Below are positions 28,396 to 43,195 of a stretch of 64,000 nt of DNA, in pieces. The notes below the pieces were generated by a model. That model made no database searches. It worked only from the letters and a program-made list of their open reading frames with translations, and had not been told where the DNA came from. Position 1 is the stretch's first letter. Every line of letters begins with the position of its first letter. The translations under genes and the position numbers were made by a program. Source of the stretch: Eledone cirrhosa. Taxonomy: Eukaryota. The stretch is from the NCBI GenBank assembly GCA_964016885.1, contig OZ024742.1:332444001-332508000 (forward strand). Direction: 5' to 3'.

Positions 28396-29905
28396 CAAAC
28401 ACACTGAAATAGAAACATATAATGAACGATGAAGTGAAATTGAGAGTGAAAAAAAGAGTGGGTGTTTTTCAGAGACGCGAATGTCCAACATTAGAATCCA
28501 TTCAACAATTCGTAAACCTGGTGGTGAATGATAACAGCAAAACGACATACCAAATAATTATAAGAGATAGACTAGCTTTAAAGGAAGGAGAAATGTCCAG
28601 GTATGTCTGTTGCATGAAACACTACTAGCAAAATGTTTGATAGTATATTGGCCGTACTAAACCAAGATATACATTTCTTGTTTTACTACATCAAGTATGA
28701 AACAACTCATTTTACTAATAAATATGTAGTTAGATATGTTAATATTTTACGAATTCAGAACCTAAAATCCGACAGATGTCACTATTAGCTGTCCAAATGA
28801 GTTGTTATCCTGGCAGGGTTGTCAATTTGAATTCAGCTCAAGACGGCACTTATGTCACGATAGGGCGAGAACCACGTACATTTGCAGCGATTGATATATA
28901 CTGCATTAGTGAGAGTAAAGGTAACTATGGATCTTCAAATATATATCTATCCATTACAGATTCATCTCTCTCTCTTTCGACTTCAGGTGGTTCTCGCTAA
29001 ATGTTTTCTCTATCTAAATATCTGCATACATACATAGATATATACATACATAGATATATACATACATATATGCATGCATACATACATACATACACACATA
29101 CATACATACATACATACACACATACATTCATACATACCGTTAGATATATACATAAAGTGGTATGACTTATTTAACCTTACCCAGAGCTGTTAGACTGGTA
29201 GGCTGGTGGTTAGAACGTAAGACGAACGCCTTGTATTTGCTTTGCTCATTGTCTTCTGAGTTAAAATTGAACTGCAATCAAGAATATCTTTCACTGCCCT
29301 CACACCCATTACGCTACGATGTAGAAAAGGCCAGGTGAGCCACTCAGATTATCCTTTTCTTTAACGACAGTCATATCCATTTTATCAGTGAAGGAAAATG
29401 TGGTCATCGTGGCTGCGGTAAAATATGGTACATGACGTGAAGAAAACTACTTATTGTACATGTGTGAGTGTTACATCTTCCGCATTATTTACTCTGTATT
29501 ATGTTGGAAATGTTTTTTCTTTTAATTATTAAATTGATTCCTAACATCCCTACATTTTCTTACGCAAAATCTGACTTTTTCTCTCTGTGATATATATATA
29601 TGTACTGTATATATAAACGATAAACTTATGAGGACGTGTCTATATAAGTTTCTCTGTGTGCACGTGTATGTGCGCGTGTGATTACGTATGTATGTATGGT
29701 CTATGCATCATACGAAACCTCGTTTCAAGCAATATTATATCTTACTACTGTTATCAGCGAAACATTCAAGAGGATCTCTTTATATAAGTATAGAGATGCA
29801 TTAACCACATTTTAGTGAGCGACTTTCCATATTTATCCCAAAGGTATGTATATACCATAATATATAGAAAACTATGTACATTAATAACTACACACACACA
29901 CACAT

Positions 29906-29965
<60 letters not shown>

Positions 29966-30116
29966 TATGAAGAGAGAGAAAGATATATAAATAGATATAT
30001 ATTTATGCGTATCTATCTATCTATATACATACACGCACGCATCCACACACACATACTCATATATATATACAAATATATATATACATCTATAGCTATGCAA
30101 ATATTTATGTATATAT

Positions 30117-30156
<40 letters not shown>

Positions 30157-31879
30157 ACATATATACATATATATAAATATGCATATATATATAATTATAT
30201 ATACATATATATTTATATATACAAACATAATATATATACATATATATACATACAGACGTATATGTGTTTGTACATGTATATGTGTGTGTGTCTCCGTTTG
30301 CGTGCATGTAAATATAGATATATATTTCTATGTATATATGTATCTACTCGTGCTTGTAACAAAGAATGTTATAAAATATTATTTCTCTCGACCTCCTCCC
30401 CCACCCTCCACTTTGCCTCAAGTTATATTACAGTCAAGTGACATATAAATCTCAACTAGCCCTGAAACCATGATGATATAGCATGGTGTATTTTCTGGAT
30501 ATCTGGTTCTGTGTCGTTTTATATTCGATGAGCTATCAAGTATTTGATCTAGAACGATAATAACCACATTGAGAAGTGTTTTAAATGTTTTCTGCTAAGT
30601 TGCATTTTGCTCAGCAGATACTTACTTACCAATGGTATAAACCATTATAAGAAAAAAGGAATCATAGAAAAGATGAATGCCTTATTACATTTATCGTGGA
30701 GATTTACACAGGTTCTTGCAATGTAAACTGTTATGTAATGTGTTATTTCCTTAGGAATCTTACGCATGTTATTTTGTCTCTTCTTTTTATGGAGTATTTC
30801 TGCTATATAACACGTTGCTTATCGATTATTATTTTTATTTCATATACTACTTATTTATTTATTCATTTGTTTTTGTTTTTGTTTTATTTCTCGAGATCAG
30901 TGACCACTATCAATGAAAATGCGCGAAGTGGTCACATAATGGGTATTACTTCTATCCGTGTGAATTTCGATTGTCACCATTTGCTCACTTCCTAATTCTA
31001 TTACATGCAGTGAAATAGTAAAAAAATATTATAATAATAATAATAATAATAATAATAGCTGGGATCCTAATGCCAACCATGTAAGCAATTGAATGAAGGA
31101 ATATGAACGTGAAACACGGCACTGCAAAATATTAAATCTCCTAACACAGAAGGACAATTTATAACATTCAAGACCGCATTATTTGCATCATTATCTACAT
31201 AATGGACATCAGCGTGACTGAGTGAATAGGAAATTTATTTCGCAATTATAAGATACCGCGTTCTATTCAACTGTGTAACTTTTGAGCAATTGATTTTTTC
31301 ATATACAAGTAGCTCAAACCGAGCCATATGAGAACATTTAGGCAGACATGTTATATTTTCTCACGTTGATTCAATGTCGGAATAACGTTAAAACTACACT
31401 TGTCTGCGATGTACTCAAACACTTAATACTTATTTCTTTAGTTGGTCGTTCCATTTATCAAACAACTAAATATTAGTTGACGAAACCGAAGATGGCCCAT
31501 TATGAATATAGTGAGAGTGGAGTAAATGACAGTAAAACGAAACTAATTTAGTCAAGGTATTGGTGTTAAGGACATCCAACCTACACATCTCTTAACACTT
31601 AAACGTTATTCGCCTATATCTTTACACATTGTTTTGTTTCAGCAATTGGACTAATACAATGCATAACCTTGAACGATTCATTTTATCGAACTCTATACAT
31701 TGTATGGTAGAGATCGCGTTCTGTTACGTTATTTTTTTATGAAAGTATATAGCAGACATTCAGAGTTTCGATGTGCAGATTAATGGATGGCAGTTATGCA
31801 ACTATGTATCCCGAGAGTAGCCAGAATAATAGATGTGCTTCTTCGATGCTGATGATACTGTGTTGCATAGCTCATCGAT

Positions 31880-32330
31880 TACACATCATAATTTTTCTTC
31901 GTGAAATGATCGTAAAACAGTGAATTAAACCATTTCTATACTTTTGAACTTCCATCCATCTTCCTTACATTTTCTCATCTTTTTGTCCATCTACAATTAT
32001 TCGTTCTCTTGCTATACTAAATAGTTAGCTTGAAGTGTATTCCCTCATTCTTAAAATCACAGTTTATTTGTTTAATATCGTCTTGTCTATGTCCCATCCA
32101 TTTGCTTACCGTTTAATCACAGGATTATCTAACGTTTTAATAACAGTTTCGATGTTTTACATTTCAATATATTTGTGTGAAGCACCGTTTATATTTCTCC
32201 TCTCTTCTAATTTTCTCATGCACACTAACGATTACACCGAGTCATGTTATTCGTCCGTGTGAAGTGACAATCTATTTTAACTCGTTATGCCCTGTTTGTC
32301 CTGTTTGTTTAAACACATGCCGTGATAAAT
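31880..32330 (-). mobile_element. Possible RTE-like LINE 3' relic
   Basis: Broken minus-strand frames give WMGH and ...RW motifs typical of RTE C-termini; highly decayed. Confidence 0.3.
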
Positions 32331-33525
32331 TCCCAGCTGTTTTGGTATATGCTAAAGAATGATGTTACCACCGTTAAAGATATATATATATAGATATAAT
32401 CTTTGTAGGTTACCAATTGAAACCAATGTATGTATAGTATTCTTTGCCCTACTGATTAGGGTGATAGTCTCAAGATCATAACGTCCTTTTGCCGACTTCT
32501 GAATCGGGTGGTGCGTTGGCTTCCTGAAAAAAAACGCTTCAGTTCACGGTGTTTTTCAAGATAGGTAAGGAGTCCCTATTCCAGAAAGCTCCTATAAGAT
32601 GCAACATGTGTAAGATGCCAGATAAACCTGCATAGGTGTAAGCTGTAAATTTCATTTTTCATTTTTAAAAAATATAGTGTTTAATCAAAGCATTATTATT
32701 TTTGCTCTAGCTGATGATTCATTCATATACACGTCAGAATATATTCACGTCAGAATAATTATTTCTGCCTTTGGCACAAGGTCTGCAATTCGAAGGGAAG
32801 GATAAAGTCAATTACACCGACCCATATGATTTATTGGTACTATATTAGTAGTGCTCAGGGTTCGAATAATGAGACATTTGTATGACGTTCGAATGAAACA
32901 CATTTAATTCAATTCAACGCGTTTTCAATGCTATCCTCAGCATATAGATCCTGCAGGTATGGGCTTTCAACAAATGAGCGAGTTCTGAAATTCTATACGA
33001 AGTTCGTAATTTTGTTTTTACTTTTCTATTTCATGGATAATAATGTTTTTTTTTTGTTTTTGTTTTAATTAGGCAGGTTATTGTGATGGAAGAAGAAACT
33101 CGATGATAATTACTCCAAGAATTGAGTCATATCATATTCGTCTCTGAAACCATTAACAGTAACGTTAATCTCGACAAAACTAAGAACTTATAGTAGTGGC
33201 ACGAATTCTACAAACCATTTGTTCGACGCAATAACGATTTTGCCAGCCAACTAGCCAATAATAATAATAAAGTTTTCTACTTAGACACACGACCATCAAT
33301 TTTGGATGAGTGGTCTATTTAATCGAATAGACCACTCTAGTTAATTTAATCGAATGGTAAGTGGTACTATATTTTATCGTCCCCATAATGATGAAAGGCA
33401 AAACAAACTAACATCGCTTTTTATCCCTACAGGTCGATAGGATATGATATCACTAAAGCACTGGAGTCGATTTAATCGTCTGTCTCCTAACCTACAAGAT
33501 AAGAGCCTGAGACAAAACTAGAAAA

Positions 33526-33680
33526 CCATGCTTTCCAGCATAGTTACGTCTCTTTACGATCTGAGTTCAAATCCGGCGAGGTTGACTTTGCCTTTCATCC
33601 TTATGGGGTCGATAAAATAAAGTACCAGCAATGCACTGGGTATTTGCTGGCCTTGTGCCTAAAGTAGAAACAATTATTAT
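33526..33680 (+). mobile_element. SINE family A
   Basis: B-box, body and tail gctggccttgtgcctaaagtagaaacaattatt. Confidence 0.88.
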
Positions 33681-33783
33681 TATTATCTCTATAATAACAA
33701 CAACGACAACACCAACAACAACAACCACAACAACAACAACAACATCAACAGCAACAGCAACAGCAACAATAATAATAATAATA

Positions 33784-33825
<42 letters not shown>

Positions 33826-33826
<1 letters not shown>

Positions 33827-36800
33827 TTTTTGGGGGTTTCTTTACCTATTTGTTTGTTTGTTTATTTATGTTCGTCTACAGCGTGATAGTGCCACACTAA
33901 AATCACCGGGGGTGATGAAATCACCGGTGGTTATGTAACCATACATTCACCAATCCTCGATAAGAGTGTTTAAATGTCGAACCTAAACAGTTCGAATAAC
34001 AGTGAAGTGGAGACTGGAATGTCATGTGACAGATTCTCACCCAGCAGGTGCTCCCTGGCTCAGCAGCAGGGATCTGGCTGTCAACCAAAGGTGTCGGAGG
34101 AAGAAGAAGAAGGAAAGGGACGAGAACCAACTGGACGAAAGAATGGAATAGAACTGTTATGCAATGTTACCTGAAGAGAAAGGCTATAGGAAACGGATGC
34201 ATAACATCTGGAACGAGATTGGTCTATTTAAATTAGATGAACAAAAATTGGCCGGGTAGGCTCGAGTAATAAGAGCTGGAACTGGAGGAACTGAGCAGAG
34301 AGATTAGCTTGGAAATGGAGCGTGGAGTATGCCAGGCAAACGAGCCAATGGGAAATGAAGGTGAAGAGGTTGAGAGAACGGAGGAACCATCCGAAGCAGA
34401 CAATGATCTGAATGCTGAAATAAATAATACCTGGAACAGAGATACGGCCATTGGGGAGATGAATGCTGACGGGCTAGGACAAGATTTGGTTGATATCCTA
34501 AACTTAGTGGTAGATGAATTGAACAATGATAGAGGGAAACCTATGAACGAAAGATTTGTAGACAGGAAAAAGTTAAAAGAAACAACAGCTAAGGTAAACA
34601 AAGTCATCCCATACCTTGAGGCAAGGAGCTTTCACCAGTGCAACAATATCCTCAAAGCAACAGCAAATGCGGTGAGGATATTACTTGGCATAAAAGCGAG
34701 AGGAAACAACAAACATGAAAGATCAGAACCTTGGTGGAAGAAACGACTGAATGGTCAAATCAGGGAAATGAGAAATGACATTGGAAAGCTTGAGTCCCTA
34801 CTGAATGGGACACTAAAAAACATAGACACTAAAAATAGTCTGGAAATAAAGTACAAAACTAGGAGGAAAAAGCTAAATATTATCATAGAGGAACTGAAGC
34901 AACGCATTGTAGCAAAGAGTGCAAAAATTAGGCGATACGAGAGCAGAGTCAGTCAGTATAGACAGAACCGCATGTTTGAGAACAATCAGGAGATGCTGTT
35001 TGGACAGCTTGAAGGGAAAGAAAGAGGCAACGACTTGATCCCTGACGCGGAACAAACTAAGTCATTCTGCAAAGGAATATGGGAGCAGGATGTTAAAAAT
35101 AATGACCAGGCAGTGTGGATTGAGACAGTACAAAAGGAGATTAGTGAACAGGCACACCAACAAACTGATTTAAGTATCACTGTTGAAACTCTTAAGGCGC
35201 AGGCCAAAAAACTAACCAACTGGAAATCACCAGGCCCAGATGGTGTGCAGAAATATTGGATTAAAAATATAACATCCCTCCACCCGAAACTGACAACCAT
35301 GTTCAATGACTGCTTGATGTCAGGTGAGGTACCAAAGTGGTTGACAAAAGGTACCACAGTTCTGGTAATGAAAGACCGAATCAAGGGTAATGATGTTACC
35401 AACTATAGACCTATCACATGTCTGTCCGTAATGTAGAAACTGTTGACAAGCATTATGCCTGAGGAAATCTACCATCACCTCCACACAAACAACTTGTTAC
35501 CAGACGAACACAAAGGATTCCAAAAGAAGTCCCGTGGTACAAAGGACCAGTTACTTATTGATAAGATGGTAATGAGGAATTGCAAGAGGAGACACACTGG
35601 TCTTGCAATGGGATGGATAGACTACAAAAGATGCATTTGACATGATGCCTCATTCTTGGATCACCAAAAGCCTAGAGATCTTCAAGGTGGCAGATAACAT
35701 CAGACAATTGTTGGGCAAAAGTATGAAGTCCTGGAAAAGAGAGTTAACATCAGCTGGAGAATCCTTGGGAGGCGTGCAGATCAAGAGAGGTATCTTCCAG
35801 GGCGATAGTCTGTCCCATCTGTTGTTTGTCCTTGCCCTGATGCCTCTGACCATTATACTGCGAAAAGTGAGAGCAGGATACAAGTTGGGAAAGGGAGAGC
35901 TTACCATCAACCACCTCCTCTTCATGGACGATCCTAAGCTCTTCGGGAAGCGTGAGAAGGCGTTGGATGTGCTTGTTGACACTGTCCGTATTTTCAGCAA
36001 TGATATATGTATGCAATTTGGTATTAGTAAGTGTGGATTCCTTGTAATAAAGAGGGGTAAATTGAGCAGAGGCAACGGAATCCAAGTACCAACAGGTGAG
36101 GTGATAAAGGAAATTGACACTGAAGAAGGATAGAAGTATTTGGGTGTTCTGGAAGCTGATGACATCAAGAACAAAAAAAAATGAAGGAATTTGATATGAT
36201 CTGAATACATTCGGAGAGTAAGAAGCGTATTAAAGTCACATCTGAACAGTAGGAATGCCATAAGTGCAGTAAATTCCCGAGCTGTGTCTATTATTAGGTA
36301 CAGTGCGGGAATCTGAGAGGGAATGTTGCTGAACAAAAAAAAATGGATAGGAAGACTAGGAAGCTATTGACTATTTACAACATGTTCCACAAGAGGAGTG
36401 ATGTCGATAGACTCTACTTAAGGAGATCTGAAGGTGGAAAAGGTCTTTTCAGCATAGAGGACTGTGTTCAGATGGAGAAAAACAACCAACACAAATACGT
36501 GACTGATAGTAAGGAGCCAATGCTCAGAATTGTACTGAAGGAGAGGACAATAGACCAGGAGATGTCCAAAGAGGAAATAACAACAAGGAGAAAGCGCAGC
36601 CTTCATGAAAAATCCCTTCATAGTACCTTCTTTGAGAAAACTGAATTCAGAGATCCACAGATGTGGAACTGGTTGAAAAGAGGAGCCATTAAAAAGGCTA
36701 CAGAAGGAATGTTTATGGCTACGCAAGAGCAGGCCCTCAAAACGAAGTATTTGAAACACCATATTTACAAGGAGGAGGCTAACCCCCTGTGCAGGATCTG

Positions 36801-37438
36801 TGGAGAGAGAGAGGAGACTGTGGCTCACATTGTATCCGAGTGTAAACACCTTGCCCAGACTCACTATAAGGGCTGGAGCCATGATGTGATGGGCAGGGTG
36901 ACCACTGCAACCTATGCAAAGTAAACAATTTACCACATTCTGAGAAGTGGTATGAGCATAAGCGAGAGTCGGTGATAGAAAACGATCAGGTGAAGGTGCT
37001 ATGGTATTTTAGGATACAGACGGACAAGAAACTGGAACACAATAGACTTGACCTGGTGGTTTTGGACAAGGAAAAAATATCTTGCCTGATTGAGGATGTG
37101 GCCTGCCCATTCGACACGAGAGTGCAAGAGAAGGAGAGGGAGAAAATTAACCGATACCAGGACTTAAAGTGGGAGGTAAAAAGGATTTGGAACTGCCATG
37201 AAGTCAAAGTGGTCTCGATTGTCATAGGCGCACTGGGGACTATCTCAAAAAGTTTCCAGGGATGGTTAAAGAAAATTGGCCCCTTCACGCTTTTTGGAAC
37301 GCTTCAAAAGGCATGTTGCTGGGAACAGCAAGAAACCTCCGATACGTCCTGAATATCTGAGGCTGCAGGTAGTGGCTTGATATTCATTTCAATAAACTTT
37401 CCAGTTAACTAACATCAATGACTGAGACTCAAAGAGTA
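33826..37438 (+). mobile_element. R4/Dong-clade non-LTR retrotransposon (RT, zinc knuckle, RLE), near full length, decayed
   Basis: Motifs WTKEWN..MQCY, PWWKKRL, NWKSPGPDGV, NYRPITCL, GTKDQLLIDK, WIDYK, RGIFQGDSLS, HLLFMDD, CRICGEREETVAHIVSEC, NRLDLVVLDK..IEDVACP..EKINRYQDL and VIGALG. Followed by (TAA)n. Confidence 0.92.
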
Positions 37439-37473
37439 ATAATAATAATAATAATAGTAATAATAATAATAAT

Positions 37474-39727
37474 GAAATAGTTAAGGAGCCAGAAAAGATA
37501 CCATCATGGCTAGTTAACGGCATTACATTCCTGCTTCCGAAGAATGATGAGACAAACAATCCCAAAAATTACAGACCGATAACTTGCTTGACCACAATGT
37601 ATAACATTTTAACATCATTCCTAACTAAATATACATATGACCACCTGATGACAAATGACCTATTTCCCATTGAGCAGAAAGGGTGTAAACGAGGCTCATA
37701 TTACTGTAAGGATCAGCTTTTGGTTAACAAAATGATACTGGAAGATTTTCATAATAGACAAAAATCTATCAATTGCTTGGATAGATTATAAAAAAGCATT
37801 CGATAGTTTGCCACAAAGTTGGATTGAAAAAGGTTTAGAGATTTTCAAAATATCTCCCGTTGTCAGGAGGTTCTTGTCAATCAGTATGAAGACATGTAAA
37901 ACGACACTCCTTTTGAATAGTGAAACAAAATCACTGGAAGCTGGAGAAGTTAATATTAATTGTGGAATTTTTCAGGGTGACTCTTTATCACCGCTTTTAT
38001 TCTGCATCGCAATTATACCATTAAGTAAAAATGCTCAATGAAACAAAACATGGATATAATCATTTGTTCTACGTGGATGACGTGAAACTATTTGCAGAAA
38101 ATGATGAACAATTGCAAGGGCTATTATCCATTGCGGAGCAGTTCAGTGATGACATTAATGTGGAGTTTGGACTAGATAAATGCGCCAAAGCAACGTTCAC
38201 CAGAGGAAAGTTGCTGAAAAGTTCAGACATTAATCTTGATCGGGGGAATGTGATAAGAGAACTTGATCAAGAGGAAACTTACAAATATCTATGTGTTTGT
38301 GAAGGAGACGGAATCAAGCACTCGCAAAATGAGGGAAAGGATAAGGAAGGAATGTTACCGCAGTGTAAGAGCAATCTTAAGAACGGAATTGAATGCAAGG
38401 AATAGGATCGATGCCATAAACACGCTTGCCATACCAGTAGTACCCTACAGTTACAATGTCATCAACTGTTCAAGCACAGAGATCCGTAGGCTCGATACAA
38501 AAATTAGAAAATTCTTAACCATGCACAGAATGCATCACCCTAAGGCAGATACAGATAGAATATATCTACCTAGGAAAGAAGAAGGACGTGGGTTAATCCA
38601 GTTAGACATTGCGTTGAAAACTGCAACAATTTGATTATCTACGTATCTAAGGGAATCACATGATTGGATGATCAAACTCGTTTTGAAACACGAAAGCATC
38701 AAAAGATCATACTCCATTACAAAAGATGCACAAAGATACAGTAATGGACTACAAATTTCAGAAGTCTCATTTACTGCTGAAATGGAAAACACAGAAAAAG
38801 CAAAGCAGGTAAAAGTAACTGCAAAGAAAGAACGGCTACATAAACTGGCTAAGAAATGGCAAGAAAACCCTCTGTTTGTAAAATACCCAGAAAGAGCTAA
38901 CAATCCTAATGTTAACATTTTAACCCATCAGTGTTTGGCATCCTCTGGACTGGAATCGGAGACTGAAGGACTGATTATATCAGCACAAGATCAGTGTCTG
39001 CCAACAAAAATTTACCAAGCCAGCATAATAAAAATGTGGATGCCACCCATTATGCCGAGCATGTAAAAAACAACCAGATACTATTGATCATATAATTTCA
39101 ATGTGCCGTCCTATAGCTCCAACCGAATGCCTAAACAGGCATGACAGAGCTGCACAATACATACATTGGATAATGTGTAAGCATTTTCACCTGCCCATCA
39201 AAAGAATTGGTGGGAGCATCAACCACCTCCCATACTTTAGCATCCAAACAGACCGAAAAATAGATGCAAATAGACCTGATATAATACTGAAGGACTTTAA
39301 AAATTGGGTATGCCTGCTAATTGATATGTCGATTCCAATAGACTAGAATGTATCTATAAAAACATTTGAAAAATTGAGCAAGTATAAGGACCTGGAGATA
39401 GAAATAGGAAAAATGTGGAAATTGAGAACTAAAACAATATCAGTGGTTGTAGGCGCTCTAGGAATAATACCTAAGGGGTCTAATGATTACTTATCGCAAA
39501 TCCCAGGAAACCCGCGTATAGGATAAATACAAAAGATAGTACTATGGGAACTGCCCATATACTAAGGAAGATTCTGTCAATATAAGTACATCACAAGTCT
39601 AAACACCTAAAGATGCATGTGTCTGTATGTATGTTCTTTCTTGAACATGGCGAACCTTGTTGTCTCTTGAGGTCACTGGTTGTGACTTGGTGATAACTCG
39701 TATGAACATAAAGCTAGATAAATGCAA
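37474..39727 (+). mobile_element. Second R4/Dong-clade element, 5'-truncated, different subfamily
   Basis: Motifs NYRPITCL, EQKGCKRGS..CKDQLL, GIFQGDSLSPLLF, HLFYVDD, EFGLDKC, HHPKADTDRIYLPR, ETEGLIISAQDQ, RHD and NRPDIILKD. Bounded by (AAT)n on both sides. Confidence 0.92.
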
Positions 39728-39754
39728 CTATAATAATAATAATAAAAATAATAA

Positions 39755-39908
39755 TAATGCTTCTTTATTAACCACAAGGGTTGACACAAGTATAACATTA
39801 AGGACAGCACAGGACAATACAAATGGGCATTTTTACGTGTAAAAGAACAAAAACAGAGTATGTGACAAAAAAAAGAAACAATGAAAAATTCCCCAATAAG
39901 GGGAATAA
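39755..39908 (-). mobile_element. Tx1-like 3' UTR fragment
   Basis: Reverse complement of 5125-5282; its tail is the (AAT)n at 39730-39757. Confidence 0.8.
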
Positions 39909-39927
39909 TGGTGCTTCCTTGACACTG

Positions 39928-40996
39928 AACAGGTTTGGTCGCCGTTTGCTAGACTGGCTTTGCCCAGCTCGACTCCTTGACGGAGCTGCAGTCCTGGATC
40001 CGGAGAAGACCGAGGGATAGGGCTTGGAAACTGGAATGTCTCCAAGCGCTCACCGTCCGCTACCAGCTGGGCACTGATATCGGTGGAACATCTACCAGCC
40101 CTCTATAGAACGGCGTTCTATAGAGGGCTAGTAGAGGGGAAATATGATGACGTTCTCGGGGAGACCCTGGTCATCGAAGACGATCAGCTGTTCGCTCTCT
40201 TCAAGAGAACTTACAGCCCGGGGCCTATGGACCACTTTCAGAAATCCCTGGTCTGGCAGTGCTACCGGGGAGGTGCTGTCAGTCGAGCCTGTCTGAGATG
40301 CGCACAGAGCGACGAAACCGTAGTGCGCGCTTCATTCAGTGCCCGAGCATTGCTGCTGACTTTTGGAACTATGTCGAAGAGTTGCTCTCGCGTGTAGGAC
40401 TGATCCGGTTGTCCATTGTGCAGATGGTTTCGCCGCCTTCCTTCGAGGAGGAAGGGCAGGCGGTTTTCATCTGCCTGGTGGCTATGGCGAAAGAAATTGT
40501 GTGGTGGACAAGGTTAAAAGGGTTAAAGACAGACACTTTCCTCTTCGGCGAATCCCTAATTAACTTTTTCAAGTCTCACTTGAAGAGGAAAATCAGGGTG
40601 GATAGGCAAGTGCTGCCTTCTAGCAAGTTTGTTGAAAGGTTGATGAATATAGCGAGAATGGTCCGAGTAAACGGGACCGCTCTGAATATACGTCTGTAGT
40701 TTGAGAAGTGGAAAAATTGAGAGAAGGCGCTTGCCCTGGTGGTCAGGGTGGCCGTCGTCTTTTGTGTGGTTTTTGCCACGAGTAACCCTCGGAAGTTTCC
40801 CCCCTATTGGGGAATTTTTCATTGTTTCAATTTTCATTTTTATTGTTTATATATATATATGATTCTATGTCGTTTATTTTCTTTTGTTATATAAATAATA
40901 AAAATATTTACACGCACAAAACCCAGATCGTACCGTCCTGTGACGTCTGTAACGTTTTTCTTGATGTCAGCCCTTGTGGCCAATAAAGAAATCATT
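39928..40996 (+). mobile_element. 5'-truncated Tx1-like LINE, same subfamily as 5322-11050
   Basis: Closely matches about 9960-11050, including the 3' UTR and the AATAAAGAAATCATT end. Confidence 0.92.
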
Positions 40997-41180
40997 CGGG
41001 GGATTGACAGTAACGGTAGAGGGTCGGACGCCATGCTTTGACGCACAGAGTTACGGCACTTGCCATTCTGAGTTCAAATACAGCCGAGGTTAACTTTGCC
41101 TTTCATCCTTACGGGGTTGATAAAATAAAGTACCAGTAATACACTGGGTATTTGCTGGCCTTGTGCCAAAAGTAGAAACA

Positions 41181-41185
<5 letters not shown>
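40997..41185 (+). mobile_element. SINE family A, full length, with (ATT)n tail
   Basis: A/B boxes, body and tail, followed by (ATT)n to 41235. Confidence 0.9.
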
Positions 41186-41236
<51 letters not shown>

Positions 41237-41618
41237 ACAAATAAAAACACGAGTGTCAAGTTGTTTGAAAGATAAATTGTCATTTTGGGAACCATTTTAG
41301 AAAATATGTTGTCACATATTTCAAATTCTACAAATAGCACAAAATGAAAAAAAAATAGAGCAAAGTGGGAATTCCATCGCCAAAATAAATGAAGATGTAT
41401 CATGAAAACATTCTGTTCACGTCAGTGAACCTATGATGTATACTAGTCTGATCTCCTACATGTATTTATCGATTTCTAGGCACGGTCACAATAATACGCG
41501 ACAGGAAAACTTCAAAAACGTTTGAAAAAACCCAATGATCAGCTGTTGTACAGCAAACAGTGTTTTTTAACGATCTGAAACGTTGAAATTGAGTTCCTTT
41601 CTATTGTATAAGAAGAAA

Positions 41619-41619
<1 letters not shown>

Positions 41620-41712
<93 letters not shown>

Positions 41713-41825
41713 GTATATATATACATATATATATATACATACATATATATATATATATATATGTACATATATATATATGTATATATATACATATATATAT
41801 ATACATACATATATATATATATATA

Positions 41826-41890
<65 letters not shown>

Positions 41891-42227
41891 CATATATATA
41901 TATATATATATACATACATATATATATATATATATACATACATATATATATATATATATATACATACATACATACATATATATATATATACTTACATATA
42001 TATATATATATACATACATATATATATATACATACATACATATATATATATACATACATATATATACATATATATATATACATACATACTTACATATATA
42101 TACATACATACATATATATACATATATATATACATATATATATACAGACATATATATATATATATATATACATACATATATATAGATACATATACATACA
42201 TTTATATGCATACATATATATACATAC

Positions 42228-42291
<64 letters not shown>

Positions 42292-42331
42292 AAACATATA
42301 TATATATATATACATATATACATATATATAC

Positions 42332-42364
<33 letters not shown>

Positions 42365-42480
42365 CACATATATATATATATATGTGTGTGTGTGTGCGCG
42401 TGTGTGTGTGCGTGTGTGTGTGTATGTATGTGTGTGTATGTGTGTGTGCGTGTGTATATGTGTGTGTATGTGTGTGCGTG
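41620..42480. repeat. Compound (TA)n/(TACA)n/(TG)n microsatellite field
   Basis: Directly visible. Similar fields lie at 20234-20570, 27395-27842 and 62600-63000. Confidence 0.97.
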
Positions 42481-43123
42481 TGGGGAGTGTATAAGCAAGC
42501 AAATATAAATCGAAATAAAAATATCTCGATTTTGTTGCAAATGGAAACGAGATGCGAAAAAGCCCTATACCGGAGTACACTTATGAGAGAATATTTCTAT
42601 TGAGTTTGTTATACATCAACGAAATGTAGATGTTTTTTATTTCGACTTATTTTTGTTTGTTGTAAAATACTGCACCCATATTTCGGTTGAGCTGCTCTAA
42701 TGATTTGCGTTGATGGGCTCTTTGTAGCTCTCCCATTAATATTTTGCTATCAACATGATGCAAACAAATAAAAATAAAAGACACATATAATGCTTTCATT
42801 CCGACGTGGTGCGATTTGTTTATCTTAAAGCAGTTATGAGTCAGTTCTTTAACTGGCCTCTCAATGCACAATATATTTTGCTGTACTAAAAAAAAAATAA
42901 AAGAGTCTACTGAGGTAAATCCCAGTTTTTTTACTTATTAATTCTACCTTGTTCATTTTTACTATGGTAATTGTTGGATTTTTTCACTACCATTCGAAAG
43001 AGTTGTATAGGAATAATTAAGGAATAATTAGTAATGTCTCTAACATTTTTCATATTCCGATCACTTTTGTACCTTGTCATATATATTGCAATATATAATT
43101 AAGGTTGTTTCTGAAATATTCTC

Positions 43124-43195
<72 letters not shown>

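Noticed and set aside
32912-32945. Minus-strand CTGAGGA-tagcatt-GAAAACGCGTTG
   Set aside because: No stem II, G at the cleavage position and no stem I; at best a dead relic.
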